Below, piece after piece: positions 18,469-27,264 of a stretch of 64,000 nt of DNA; position 1 is the first letter of the stretch; every line of letters begins with the position of its first letter. The notes under the pieces were generated by a model. It was given only the letters and a program-made list of their open reading frames with translations. It did not search any database and was not told where the DNA came from. The stretch comes from Phycisphaerae bacterium (GTDB lineage: Bacteria; Planctomycetota; Phycisphaerae; Sedimentisphaerales; UBA12454): positions 14,622 to 78,621 of the forward strand of contig JBGOWI010000002.1 in NCBI GenBank assembly GCA_041478555.1, in the 5' to 3' direction. Both the position numbers and the translations under genes were made by a program.

Positions 18469-18864
18469 TTAGGGCAACGGGGGTGTTACCCAGCCTGTTT
18501 TGACGCTGTAAATAAAACTGCCTCTCGAACGAGTGCTGATATAAACGCAGTGGTTATGGACAGCGAAAGTGGCTTCGATTTTGTTGCTGTCTGGCGTTTT
18601 AATCTGCACCGCACCGTATTGTGCCAGACTGTTTCGCATCTCAGTTCCAAGCTGCAATATTTGTTCGTCAGAAAAACCTGCCCGCCGCATTATTTGCACA
18701 ATATCTTCGGCATTCAAGGCTATAATGTCCCGATTGCTTAAAGGCATAAGCCTAAGCCCGGTATTTGATAACCTTGTGGACTCGCAACTGACCAAAATGA
18801 CTACACCTGTCAACAAAATCAAAATGAAAACAACATTTGTCAACTTATGCCTAATCGGTTTCAT
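18469..18864 (-). CDS. Small lipoprotein, last gene of the secretin operon (pilotin candidate)
   Basis: The signal ends in lipobox ..VVILVS|C (Cys27). It starts 20 nt after the secretin stop on the same strand. No recognisable family. Confidence 0.7.
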   Translation of the reverse strand: MKPIRHKLTNVVFILILLTGVVILVSCESTRLSNTGLRLMPLSNRDIIALNAEDIVQIMRRAGFSDEQILQLGTEMRNSLAQYGAVQIKTPDSNKIEATFAVHNHCVYISTRSRGSFIYSVKTGWVTPPLP

Positions 18865-18884
18865 AGCTGCCTGATTTTCTATTG

Positions 18885-21800
18885 TTATTTATTTAATTGT
18901 TCCTCAAGCTTCTGCTTGAATTCATCTCCAACAGACTCTATTGGCTTTTGTTCTTCGGTTGGCAACCCTGACAGTCGTGACCTCACCTCAGGATCCGGTA
19001 TCAAATGTGCTGTAACAAATATAGCCACTTGTTGAGAAGCTTCCCGATTGGTCTCATTGCGGAACAGCCCTCCCAGTCCTGGCACACGGGAAAGACCCGG
19101 TACGTTCTGTTTGGTTGAGTAGGTCTCGCTCTTTTTAAGGCCTGCTACAGTAACTGTTCCACCATCCTGGATTCGCATGGTATTTTTGACCGTGCGTCTG
19201 CTGACAACCGGGTAATTATCAGTACTACGCATTACAATGTCACTAACCTCAATAGCCAGGTCAAGCGTGATATCGCCGTTTTCTCCGATATGAGGAGTGA
19301 TATTTAATATAGTTCCATATTCAATCTTTTCCAATTCTGCAGGGTTGTAGTAGTAAGGAGCACCTTCCATAGCCTTTGGCAGCAAAGAATAGTATTCCTC
19401 GGTAGTAATTTTAATTTCAGCCTGTTTACCGTCCTGCGCAAGGACCTGAGGACTTGACACTATTGTTGCTTCACCATTTTGCTCAAGAAGGTTCAGAGTT
19501 AATTCCAGCGAATTCGTAAATTCCTGATTCGTTGCATATCCGATCTGGATACCCCATGGCCACTTGGAGCCGACGCCAGCACCGCCTCCATGTATATACG
19601 AACTGGAGAAAATACCGGCCTTAATCTTTGGCCAGCCCCATTCAATACCGAGGTCCAGCAGGTCACTGTTTTGCATTACGACAATTCGGGCATCAAGCAT
19701 AATATGACTTGGTGCTTTGTCAATTTCTTTGAGGTCCGTTTCTATACGCTCTATCAAAGCAGACGGCGCCGTAACACAAATGGTTCCAGTATCAGGATAA
19801 GCCTGGACGTAATTGGCAAAGACAGGTGATAGAAGTTTTACAGCTATATCAGCCTTGAGATAATTTAACTTTATGGACTTTGTCCGGCTTGAAGCCGGAA
19901 AAGCAGCGTCTTTCGGATTAGGTGAGCTGACCAGGTAGTAATCTGGTGTCTTCTTCAGTACATAGCCAGTACCAGCCAGAACTATCTCAAGGGCTTTATC
20001 AAGCGGTACCTCCTTAAGCTCGCAGGTAATCAGGCCAGAAATAGTCTGGTCGGGAATGATTATAATTCCCGCCTGCGAGGCAATGTCCTGCAGAACCTGA
20101 CGCAACTCAGTATCAACAAACACGTTGCTTATGAGAGGTTGCTGAGGTGCCGGCTTTTCAGGAATTTCTGTTGTTTTTTCCTGCTGTTTTTGCGGTTCTG
20201 TAGCTGTTTCAGTTGTTAAATTTGTCGGGGCACCTTCCTCGCTCTTAAGTTGCTCTGGCTGTGATTCTTCAACTTTCGGTTCGGCAGCGGGCTCAGTAAT
20301 GGGTTCAGTTTCTGGTTCCATTACTTGCTCAGTTTGTGAATTAACTTCGGGTACAGCTTCCGGTTCCGCTGTCGCTTTGCTAACTTCCGAGCCCTTAGTT
20401 TTCTCAGGCAGAGGCTTCTGCTCTTCAGTAATTACCTCTTCTTTTTTCTGCTGCTCTGCAGTTTCCTGCTGTTGAGGAAGCTTTGGTGTTTCTTCTTCCT
20501 TTTCGACGATATTTGAAGTAACATTGATATATCTCTTGCTGGGCGGTGAGAACATATAACCTGCTTTTGTTGGCGTAACTGTTCCGGACCAGCCATAGTC
20601 GACGGTTAAATGATATTCACCATTGGCATTAGTCGTATCGGAGCTTCCGCCATTGTCGGCTGATACCAACACTCCTTCAGTAGGCACGCCGTCAAAGATA
20701 ATTTTACCTGAGATGGTACAGATAATTAAGGTGGCGTTGTAGTTTTGATTGCTCAGATTCTCTATCACTTTGCGATATTCTTGCTTTGGAGCTTCGAAGG
20801 TATAACCGTCCTTGATGGGTGTAATCGTGCCGCTCCAGCCATGCTTAACCAGAAGCTCATACTGACCGTTCGCATTGGTTTTTGCCGAACCTCCCGCATT
20901 GCTTGCGTTTATTGAAACATCCTCAACGGGTTTTTGACCGCGGGTAACCGCGCCGGCAATGGCATAGGTCAGTATCTGAGCCTGATAGTTCTGCGGCTGG
21001 TCTTCCGCAACTTTTGGGTATATTTTTTTGGCTGGTTCGAAAATGCAGCCTTCTTTTACAGGTGTAACTGAACCGCTCCATCCATAATCGACAATAGCGC
21101 TGTAATAGCCTTCTTCATTGGTAATCGGCTCTCCCGGCAAACCCTTCATGACAACGCTGCTTATCGGCGTATCAGCGGCTATTTTGCCGGATATGATAAA
21201 GCTCATCAGCTCCGGAGTATGGTTCCGCACCTGATTTTCTGTTACAGACTCATATATTCTATTGGCAGGATTGAAGCGATAGCCTTCCTTTGTCGGCGTA
21301 ACGGTGCCGCTCCAGCCATAGCCGACCGTTGCAGCGTACTGGCCGTTAGCGTCAGATGTTGGATTACCTGGCAGACCTTCCATTACCACGCCGTCAATAC
21401 CGACCGAGCCGGAAACAGTATAAGTAAGCAGCTTTGCGGTATAGTTCTGAGTCTGATGCGTGGTAACGGGCTCGTATTTTTTGTTAACCGGTTCAAAGTT
21501 ATAACCCTTCTTTGTTGGCGTAATGACACTGCTCCAGCCGTAGTTGACGGTCGAGCTGTAATAGCCATTCTCATTGGTAACCGGATCGCCCGGCAGCCCA
21601 TACATAACTACGCCGCCTAAAGGTGAGTCGCCGATTGTAATTGTACCGGAGACAGTGCACGTTAATATTTCTGCGGTATAGTTCTGATTGTCTATGCTTG
21701 TTGTAACCTCAGTATATTTGCGGCTTGAGAGGTCAAAAGTATAACCTTCTCTTTTCAGAGTAACTTCGCCGCTCCAGCCGTAATTAATTGAAATAGTATA

Positions 21801-22454
21801 CCGTCCTTTTTCATTGGTTGTGGCTGAACCGCCGCTGTTGTTGGCCGAAACAGATACGCCTTCCATCGGAACACCGCCTATGGTTACTATCCCGGAAATA
21901 GCAAAGCTCAACAGTGAGCTGGTGTAGTTTTGGTTGGCCTCCGGACGGGTTATGTTTGCATAAGTGCGGTTGGCCGGCTTGAACACATATCCTTCTTTTA
22001 TCGGCATAACCGTGCCACTCCAGCCGTGTCCGACAAGGGTATTATAGTTGCCGTCTTTGTCGGTTACCGGCTCGCCCGGCAGCCCACTCATTACCACACC
22101 GCTGGTGCCCACTGAACCGGAAATCTGGTAATTAATCAGCGAAGCTGTGTAGTTCTGGGCGGTTTGGTCGGCAGTAACAGGTTCATACTTTTTGCTGCTT
22201 GGCTCGAAGTTATAACCTTCTTTTGCCGGCGTTACCGTGCCGGACCAGCCATATTCGATTGTGACGCTGTAATTGCCTTTGTCATCGGTAACAGGATTAC
22301 CGGGGAGGCCTTTCATTACGACGCCATCCAGACCTGCTGTGCCTGAAATAGTGTAGGTTATTTTTGTCGCTTTGTATCCGAAACACAAAGTGCTATTGAG
22401 AAGGACACAAAGGACCAATCCGACGCTTAAAATTTTAACTGTATTTTTTGGCAT
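18885..22454 (-). CDS. Atypical secretin: signal peptide, 8 beta-sandwich repeats, acidic P/E/T/Q linker, N0/STN-like domain, secretin N-domain and C-terminal secretin domain
   Basis: The C-terminal ..GGTVTVAGLKKSETYSTKQNVPGLSRVPGLGGLFRNETNREASQQVAIFVTAHLI is a secretin hallmark. RQVLQDIASQAGIIIIPDQTISGLITCELKEVPLDKALEIVLAGTGYVLKK is STN/N0-like. IKLNYLKADIAVKLL..ICVTAPSALIERIETDLKEIDKAP is Secretin_N-like. Confidence 0.88.
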   Translation of the reverse strand: MPKNTVKILSVGLVLCVLLNSTLCFGYKATKITYTISGTAGLDGVVMKGLPGNPVTDDKGNYSVTIEYGWSGTVTPAKEGYNFEPSSKKYEPVTADQTAQNYTASLINYQISGSVGTSGVVMSGLPGEPVTDKDGNYNTLVGHGWSGTVMPIKEGYVFKPANRTYANITRPEANQNYTSSLLSFAISGIVTIGGVPMEGVSVSANNSGGSATTNEKGRYTISINYGWSGEVTLKREGYTFDLSSRKYTEVTTSIDNQNYTAEILTCTVSGTITIGDSPLGGVVMYGLPGDPVTNENGYYSSTVNYGWSSVITPTKKGYNFEPVNKKYEPVTTHQTQNYTAKLLTYTVSGSVGIDGVVMEGLPGNPTSDANGQYAATVGYGWSGTVTPTKEGYRFNPANRIYESVTENQVRNHTPELMSFIISGKIAADTPISSVVMKGLPGEPITNEEGYYSAIVDYGWSGSVTPVKEGCIFEPAKKIYPKVAEDQPQNYQAQILTYAIAGAVTRGQKPVEDVSINASNAGGSAKTNANGQYELLVKHGWSGTITPIKDGYTFEAPKQEYRKVIENLSNQNYNATLIICTISGKIIFDGVPTEGVLVSADNGGSSDTTNANGEYHLTVDYGWSGTVTPTKAGYMFSPPSKRYINVTSNIVEKEEETPKLPQQQETAEQQKKEEVITEEQKPLPEKTKGSEVSKATAEPEAVPEVNSQTEQVMEPETEPITEPAAEPKVEESQPEQLKSEEGAPTNLTTETATEPQKQQEKTTEIPEKPAPQQPLISNVFVDTELRQVLQDIASQAGIIIIPDQTISGLITCELKEVPLDKALEIVLAGTGYVLKKTPDYYLVSSPNPKDAAFPASSRTKSIKLNYLKADIAVKLLSPVFANYVQAYPDTGTICVTAPSALIERIETDLKEIDKAPSHIMLDARIVVMQNSDLLDLGIEWGWPKIKAGIFSSSYIHGGGAGVGSKWPWGIQIGYATNQEFTNSLELTLNLLEQNGEATIVSSPQVLAQDGKQAEIKITTEEYYSLLPKAMEGAPYYYNPAELEKIEYGTILNITPHIGENGDITLDLAIEVSDIVMRSTDNYPVVSRRTVKNTMRIQDGGTVTVAGLKKSETYSTKQNVPGLSRVPGLGGLFRNETNREASQQVAIFVTAHLIPDPEVRSRLSGLPTEEQKPIESVGDEFKQKLEEQLNK
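20505..22364 (-). repeat. Eight tandem ~78-aa coding repeats (CarboxypepD_reg/prealbumin-like beta-sandwich) in the secretin N-terminal region
   Basis: Signature [IL]xYx[IV]SG....GVxMxGLPGxPVTxxxGxYxxxVxYGWSGTVTPxKEGYxFxPxxxxYxxVxxxQxNQNYTA is seen 8 times (aa ~31-650). Confidence 0.85.
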
Positions 22455-22456
22455 AT

Positions 22457-24127
22457 TTAGCCCCCTTTAATAATAGGCTCAATAACTTCAACAATTCTCT
22501 GGCCACCTCTGCCAGAGACTTGTATGGGTACTATTTTGGTTGCTTTTCCGCCGCCGCCATGCTGCATAATTGCCTCGAGACGATATACGCCGGCAGCGAT
22601 TCCGGAAAAATCAAGTATTCCGGAGAAGTTTCTGATTTCAAGCGGCAGCATAAGACCTGTCTCGCCGGTCAGTAATATGCTTTTCACCATCGTGCCTTGA
22701 GGCGTTGTGAGTTCGGCTGTGCATCGTGGGCTCAGATGTATCGTTCCTATATTGCCGAATCTGCCGATGATTGCATAGCGGGAATTTCCTTCATCAGCAA
22801 CCGTTACCTTCATTGCCTGAGCAATAGGCTGAGCTTTCTGCTGTTTGTTCTCAAGGCACAGTATCGCATTTGTCAGGCCGGCGTTCTGACCGTCAGTGCT
22901 GTATTTGGCTGACAGTGTAATATCCGAATAATAATTGCTTTTCATTGATTCTGCCCTGGGCATATTTGTAACAATGCGAACGCCCTGCGAAGCACCAGGC
23001 CTGAGCGTGAATTTGTCGGGAACAACCTTGACCCATTCGGAACAAACCAGCTCCTCACCCTGCAGCTCGCCGAAGGCAACGCCCTTCAAAACGGCCGGCG
23101 TTGTCGCAGCAGCCACAATATCAATGGTGCTGTCCGAGGCATTTCGAACCTTTAGTACCGCCGACCGTGTTGCCCCGGGTGCGATGCTTATGAACAGCTC
23201 CGGCGGTTCCAAATCGAGCGCCGCATCAGCAGCAGCTTTCTTAATAGCCGGGTCGCCAACAAAGTCTATCTCTTTCTCAATAGGTTTTGCTCGTCTTCCA
23301 TCTATGTAAAGTTTGCCGTTTAATTTGTATTTCCCCGACGGCAGCGACCGGCCTATATCACTTTTTAAATCCAAGGTTATGCCGGGAATAATTCCGACTT
23401 CCTTGATTTTTGCGGTAGTGATGTTGCGCCAATGGCCGCCGGAGAATACCTGAGCGGTTATACCGCCGGTAAGACGTGAAAATTTTTTGCCGTTGTTTTC
23501 TACCTTCATTGACAGAAGGGTTGTTGCGGCTGATTGTTCGGCTGGCATTTTAAACTGCATATCGACATCGGTCAGCTCCACCTTCTGGAGCATTGTGCGG
23601 CCCTGTATCTCGACAAGAATTGGGATTAAAAACCGTATGATTATAGCGCTGCCGTTTGCATCCGGTTTTGGTCTGGTCTGGATAGTTATACCAGCGATGT
23701 AAAATCCCTGGGCGCGAGAAGGCACTCTAACGGCAAATTCGACTGCTCCTCCGGAAAGAGGTGCAAGTTTTATGCTGTCATTTTTAAGTTTTATCCATTC
23801 TCGACAGGAAGGAACTTCGGACGTGTTAACATCAGAACCCTGTTCGATAACTCTCGGACTGCCGTCTTCAGATTGAGTTATATCGACTACGCCTATGTCC
23901 ATTGTCATTACCTTGTTAGGCTCTTCATTTAGGACATGTATAACTTGTGTGATTTTATTGCCGGCATACGGTTCAAGTTCTATCTTCATAGGCCTGACAC
24001 GAAACTTGTCGGCCCAGGTCAATGGTGCCAAGTAGAGAACAACGGCAAGAGCACACAGCCTCCACAGTGTGTAGTAGTTATAAATCGTCAGAACCTCATT
24101 TTTCTTCTGAGCTTTCATATCACCCAA
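22457..24127 (-). CDS. Secreted 556-aa protein made of an internally duplicated two-domain beta-rich unit (Ig-like; PapD-chaperone/DUF916-like by pattern)
   Basis: Signal ..LCALAVVLYLAPLTWA|DKF. Unit 1 is aa ~45-290 and unit 2 aa ~300-556. The units share ..C[RS]EW[IV]K...D.[IF].L.P......V...V..P.. and a second domain ending in G.Y.L.. . Its stop lies 2 nt before the secretin start. Confidence 0.8.
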   Translation of the reverse strand: MGDMKAQKKNEVLTIYNYYTLWRLCALAVVLYLAPLTWADKFRVRPMKIELEPYAGNKITQVIHVLNEEPNKVMTMDIGVVDITQSEDGSPRVIEQGSDVNTSEVPSCREWIKLKNDSIKLAPLSGGAVEFAVRVPSRAQGFYIAGITIQTRPKPDANGSAIIIRFLIPILVEIQGRTMLQKVELTDVDMQFKMPAEQSAATTLLSMKVENNGKKFSRLTGGITAQVFSGGHWRNITTAKIKEVGIIPGITLDLKSDIGRSLPSGKYKLNGKLYIDGRRAKPIEKEIDFVGDPAIKKAAADAALDLEPPELFISIAPGATRSAVLKVRNASDSTIDIVAAATTPAVLKGVAFGELQGEELVCSEWVKVVPDKFTLRPGASQGVRIVTNMPRAESMKSNYYSDITLSAKYSTDGQNAGLTNAILCLENKQQKAQPIAQAMKVTVADEGNSRYAIIGRFGNIGTIHLSPRCTAELTTPQGTMVKSILLTGETGLMLPLEIRNFSGILDFSGIAAGVYRLEAIMQHGGGGKATKIVPIQVSGRGGQRIVEVIEPIIKGG

Positions 24128-24170
24128 TTGACTTTTTTAACACTTTTTCTCTATATTATCTGTCTTGCCT

Positions 24171-24199
24171 ATATTACCATTTTTGTTAAAAAAAGTCAA
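24171..24199 (-). promoter_or_regulatory. Sigma70-like promoter of the 556-aa/secretin/lipoprotein operon
   Basis: The minus strand reads TTGACT-17 nt-TAATAT, about 45 nt upstream of the ATG at 24127. Confidence 0.5.
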
Positions 24200-24378
24200 T
24201 TTTAAGGCCATACTCTCTGTTTATTTTGCCTGTTTTACCAAGATAGGATTAGTTTCAGACTAATAAAAGCGTTTTTTTAGGACTTTGATTCAGGTATTGT
24301 CACTATTTTTCCGGTACCCCTCTCTCCGAGCCTGAATTTAAAAGTAGGTATGACGATTTTTTTTGACTGCTGGGTTTT

Positions 24379-24485
24379 TATACCGCACCTATTTAAAAAG
24401 TATATCTTTGGTAAAACGTAAGTATCTTTTTAATAAGTTCTTGAATACAATGATTGGGGCGCCGAAATTAAATAGGTGCGGTATA
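24379..24485. repeat. Perfect 18-bp inverted repeat with a 71-nt spacer
   Basis: TATACCGCACCTATTTAA (24379-24396) and TTAAATAGGTGCGGTATA (24468-24485). Confidence 0.9.
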
Positions 24486-24490
24486 ATCTA

Positions 24491-24531
24491 TAAAAAAACA
24501 GGAAGGGCTTTCAGTTAATCAACCCTTCCTG
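24491..24531 (-). terminator. Rho-independent terminator after the 169-aa subunit gene
   Basis: The minus strand reads CAGGAAGGG-loop-CCCTTCCTG followed by TTTTTTTA. Confidence 0.8.
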
Positions 24532-24555
24532 CTTGAACTTTTTCAGACCTGCTTT

Positions 24556-25065
24556 TTACAGATTGTCATTCACAGTCAGCAATACTGTTGCGACCCGCTG
24601 AACGTGAGGACTTGAAGGTATGTAAGTAATGTCCACGTTGTTCACTGCTGCGCCGACATAAAATATCCTGCCGACCGGTGGCGGGGCGGGAATATCAAAT
24701 GCCATCTCATCAGTATCATCTTCCAGTATCCACTCAGCTCTGTTCTGAGGCAAATTCTGCGGATAGTCGGCAAGAGCAACCAGATACTTTGCAGTTGGTC
24801 CCAGTGATGGACCGAAGGGGACTATCATAACTGTAACCAGAACCGGAAAGTTATGCGTCATAGTTACGGCAGTATAGCCACGGTAAAGCGGATGAACACC
24901 AGATGGGTCGCCGAGTGTAAGTAGTATTTCTGCCGGGTCAATTGTAAGGATTACTGTTTTGTCAATCAGCATCACAACAGGAATTTGCGCTTGAGCCAAT
25001 ATCCCACCAGCAAATGCCGGAGCTGCTGTCAAAGCAATTGCTGCTAATGTCAGTATTTTTTTCAT
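24556..25065 (-). CDS. Small secreted beta-rich protein, putative fibre subunit (paralog of 25982-26488)
   Basis: Signal MKKILTLAAIALTAAPAFA|GG. The mature protein begins with an alternating hydrophobic stretch (IPVVMLIDKTVILTIDP) and ends VATVLLTVNDNL. It is collinear with its 168-aa paralog. Confidence 0.8.
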   Translation of the reverse strand: MKKILTLAAIALTAAPAFAGGILAQAQIPVVMLIDKTVILTIDPAEILLTLGDPSGVHPLYRGYTAVTMTHNFPVLVTVMIVPFGPSLGPTAKYLVALADYPQNLPQNRAEWILEDDTDEMAFDIPAPPPVGRIFYVGAAVNNVDITYIPSSPHVQRVATVLLTVNDNL

Positions 25066-25164
25066 TGTTTCTCGACTCCTTTCTTAGATTAAGTTTTGCT
25101 CCAAAAGACCGAATAATTAACCTGATGAGGCTGGCCATAATTTCTTTGTTCTAACCTCCGATTT

Positions 25165-25374
25165 TTAACCTCCCTTCTCCCCTGTTTTTCGTGAGTTAAT
25201 AACACCTTTATAGTAAGAATCAGATGTCTGCTCTCCGTAGTGAGAAATACTGCCAAGTTTGATTTCATCAGATACAGAAATGCTGGCGAATGGTTCAAGA
25301 GGGTATGGCTGTGCCTGCAACACTGCTCCACCCCAGAGGCGGAACATCAAAGTTACTGACAACCTCCGTGCCAT
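25165..25374 (-). pseudogene. Truncated copy of the 145-aa subunit gene (first ~50 codons retained)
   Basis: MARRLSV...LEPFASISVSDEIKLGSISHYGEQT aligns with EPFASISVPDKIDLGSASQYGQQT of 26842-27264 and then diverges to a stop. The flanks show that a few hundred bp present in cassette 2 (the rest of the subunit gene plus part of the long leader) are missing here. Confidence 0.6.
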
Positions 25375-25405
25375 CTTCGCTCCTTCCCTAATTTATCCTA
25401 TTCCT

Positions 25406-25435
25406 TTACTATGCCAGCCTTTTTGAAATTGTCAA
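25406..25435 (-). promoter_or_regulatory. Sigma70-like promoter of subunit cassette 1
   Basis: The minus strand reads GGGTATTGACAATTTCAAAAAGGCTGGCATAGTAA. The same -35 context is repeated at 27410-27420. Confidence 0.4.
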
Positions 25436-25746
25436 TACCCAAACCTCCTGTTTTTTCTATTTTATATAAGTTCCCTATTTATAATTATTAAGGATAAAAA
25501 CAGATAGCATAAATTTAATCATCGAGTGTCCGCCGTTCGTTTAGCACCTCAAAGAGGTAGGGGATCGCGTCAAACTGTTGCGGTTGCGAGGCTCGTTTCG
25601 TATTACGTTGTACGATTGCGTCTTAAATGACATTTCACGATAAACGCAGCCGTAACGGGCATCGCAACCAATTAGTTAAATTTCCCCTGTATCTTTACTT
25701 CTCTAAAAATCGGCGTAATCTGTTTAATCAGTGATTGATAAACACA

Positions 25747-25786
25747 ATAAAAAAGCAGGAAGGACTAATTACTTAGCCCTTCCTGC
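25747..25786 (-). terminator. Rho-independent terminator after the 168-aa subunit gene
   Basis: The minus strand reads GCAGGAAGG-loop-CCTTCCTGC followed by TTTTTTA. Confidence 0.8.
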
Positions 25787-25981
25787 TTAAACTTTTTCAG
25801 ATTGCAGGATTTTTTAAAATCCTACCCTCTTTGCCGCATCATTGCAGCCGCTTACTGTTCATACTGCAGAGTACTTATTTCCTGCAGATGAAACAACGTT
25901 GTTACATCCGTTACGAACTTTACATTTTACCCTTGTATCCTCCGAAGCTTTAGCGAAGGAGGGTAACAATACTCCTGCTCT

Positions 25982-26488
25982 TTACAGATTGTCACTTACT
26001 GTCAGCAATACTGTTGCAACCTGCTGAGCAGCAGGACTTGAAGGTATAAAGCCAATGTCCACATTAGCTACTGCTGCACCGACATAAAATAGCCTACCGG
26101 CTGGCGGGGCGGGAGTCGTGAAGTCCATGTCGTCGGTATTGCCTGCTGCTTGCCACCCAACGTACGTTTGAGGCAAATTAATCGGGAAGTCGGCAAGAGC
26201 GACATGATATGTGGCAGCTGCTCCCAGTGATGGACCGAAGGAGTTTATCAATGCTGTAACTGTAACTGGGAAGTTATGCGTCATAGTTACGCCAGTATAG
26301 CCACGATAAAGCGGATTACCTAAATTCGGGTCGCCTATCGTAAGTAATATTTCTGGCGGGTCGACTGTAAGGTTTACGGTCTTGTCAATCACCATCATAA
26401 CAGGAATCTGCGTTTGGGCTAATATCCCGCCGGCGAATGCCGGAGCTGCTATCAAAGCAATTGTTACTAATATCAGTAATTTTTTCAT
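25982..26488 (-). CDS. Small secreted beta-rich protein, putative fibre subunit (paralog of 24556-25065)
   Basis: Signal MKKLLILVTIALIAAPAFA|GG. THNFPVTVTALI and a C-terminal VATVLLTVSDNL are shared with the paralog. Confidence 0.8.
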   Translation of the reverse strand: MKKLLILVTIALIAAPAFAGGILAQTQIPVMMVIDKTVNLTVDPPEILLTIGDPNLGNPLYRGYTGVTMTHNFPVTVTALINSFGPSLGAAATYHVALADFPINLPQTYVGWQAAGNTDDMDFTTPAPPAGRLFYVGAAVANVDIGFIPSSPAAQQVATVLLTVSDNL

Positions 26489-26841
26489 TGTCTTAACTCC
26501 TTTCTTAAGTTAAGCTTTGCCCTTGTAAGGCCGATAAACAGCCTGACAGGACTAACCATAATTAGGTGTTCGGGACTCTCTTTTGGGTCTCGAACTCTAC
26601 TGCAGCGGGCATATCCGCTTGGGCGACTGGGTGGGTTGCCCGCTCTTTCTAACTCCACCTGAGCCGCAGCCTGCATCTTGTTTACAGCCTAAAGACCAGG
26701 CCGGTTTCTTTGGGCTGTTGCATCGCCTCTCGTTTTTTGTCCTACCCTCCTTTCTCCCCTTGCGAGTTTTTTCTTCTATAGGTTAATAACATTTTTTAAA
26801 TGAGCTTTATTTACACGCAACTACGCTGTTGCGTCTGTTTT

Positions 26842-27264
26842 TCAGGGTTCAGCCATTATGGTAATGACCAGAGTGCCTGTATATTCTCCTGCCGAGTCGC
26901 TGGATTTGATATCAATAGTGAACTTTAGATTTATATCCACATCGACGCCTTCAGGAGGAGTGCCTGACGAGACTAATGGCGGCACCATTTCAACATTGGT
27001 TCTTTCCTTCGGAATAAAACCTCCGGCAGGACTTGCAAACGCTCCTCCGATTGATGCGATGATACGATGAGGACAATTAGCGGTTATATGTACTTTTATG
27101 GTGGAATTAAATGTTTGCTGACCATACTGGCTGGCACTGCCGAGGTCGATTTTGTCGGGTACGGAGATGCTGGCGAACGGTTCTGCCTGTAGAGTAGTTC
27201 CTCTCCCCAGGCAGAATACTAAAATTACTGCCACAAATAGTATTATGTATCCACTCCGTGCCAT
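26842..27264 (-). CDS. Small secreted protein with SCPU/fimbrial-subunit-like features
   Basis: The track ORF starts at 27279; ATG 27264 has GGAGGAGCGAAGG upstream and matches the paralog start. Signal ..ILVFCLGRGTTLQA|EP. IKVHITANCPHRIIASIGG and the C-terminal SAGEYTGTLVITIMAEP resemble spore-coat-U/Csu-type and type-1 pilin ends. Confidence 0.75.
   Translation of the reverse strand: MARSGYIILFVAVILVFCLGRGTTLQAEPFASISVPDKIDLGSASQYGQQTFNSTIKVHITANCPHRIIASIGGAFASPAGGFIPKERTNVEMVPPLVSSGTPPEGVDVDINLKFTIDIKSSDSAGEYTGTLVITIMAEP

Noticed and set aside
17801-18472. 223-aa ORF taken as one gene
   Set aside because: The N-terminal third is the antisense of a transposase tail and the middle is an internal ABC-ATPase fragment without Walker A or signature motifs. 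It is a chimera created by rearrangement.
20505-22364. Periodic repeats that might suggest a CRISPR or satellite array
   Set aside because: The period is ~234 nt, the repeats are in frame and divergent, and they encode the secretin's beta-sandwich repeats. No short direct repeat/spacer structure exists anywhere in the window.
25436-25746. GC-richer non-coding stretch between the two subunit cassettes with an 8-bp GGTTGCGA/TCGCAACC pairing
   Set aside because: It could be an ncRNA or a decayed gene, but I see no promoter/terminator pair, no recognisable RNA family and no second copy. Not supportable from sequence alone.
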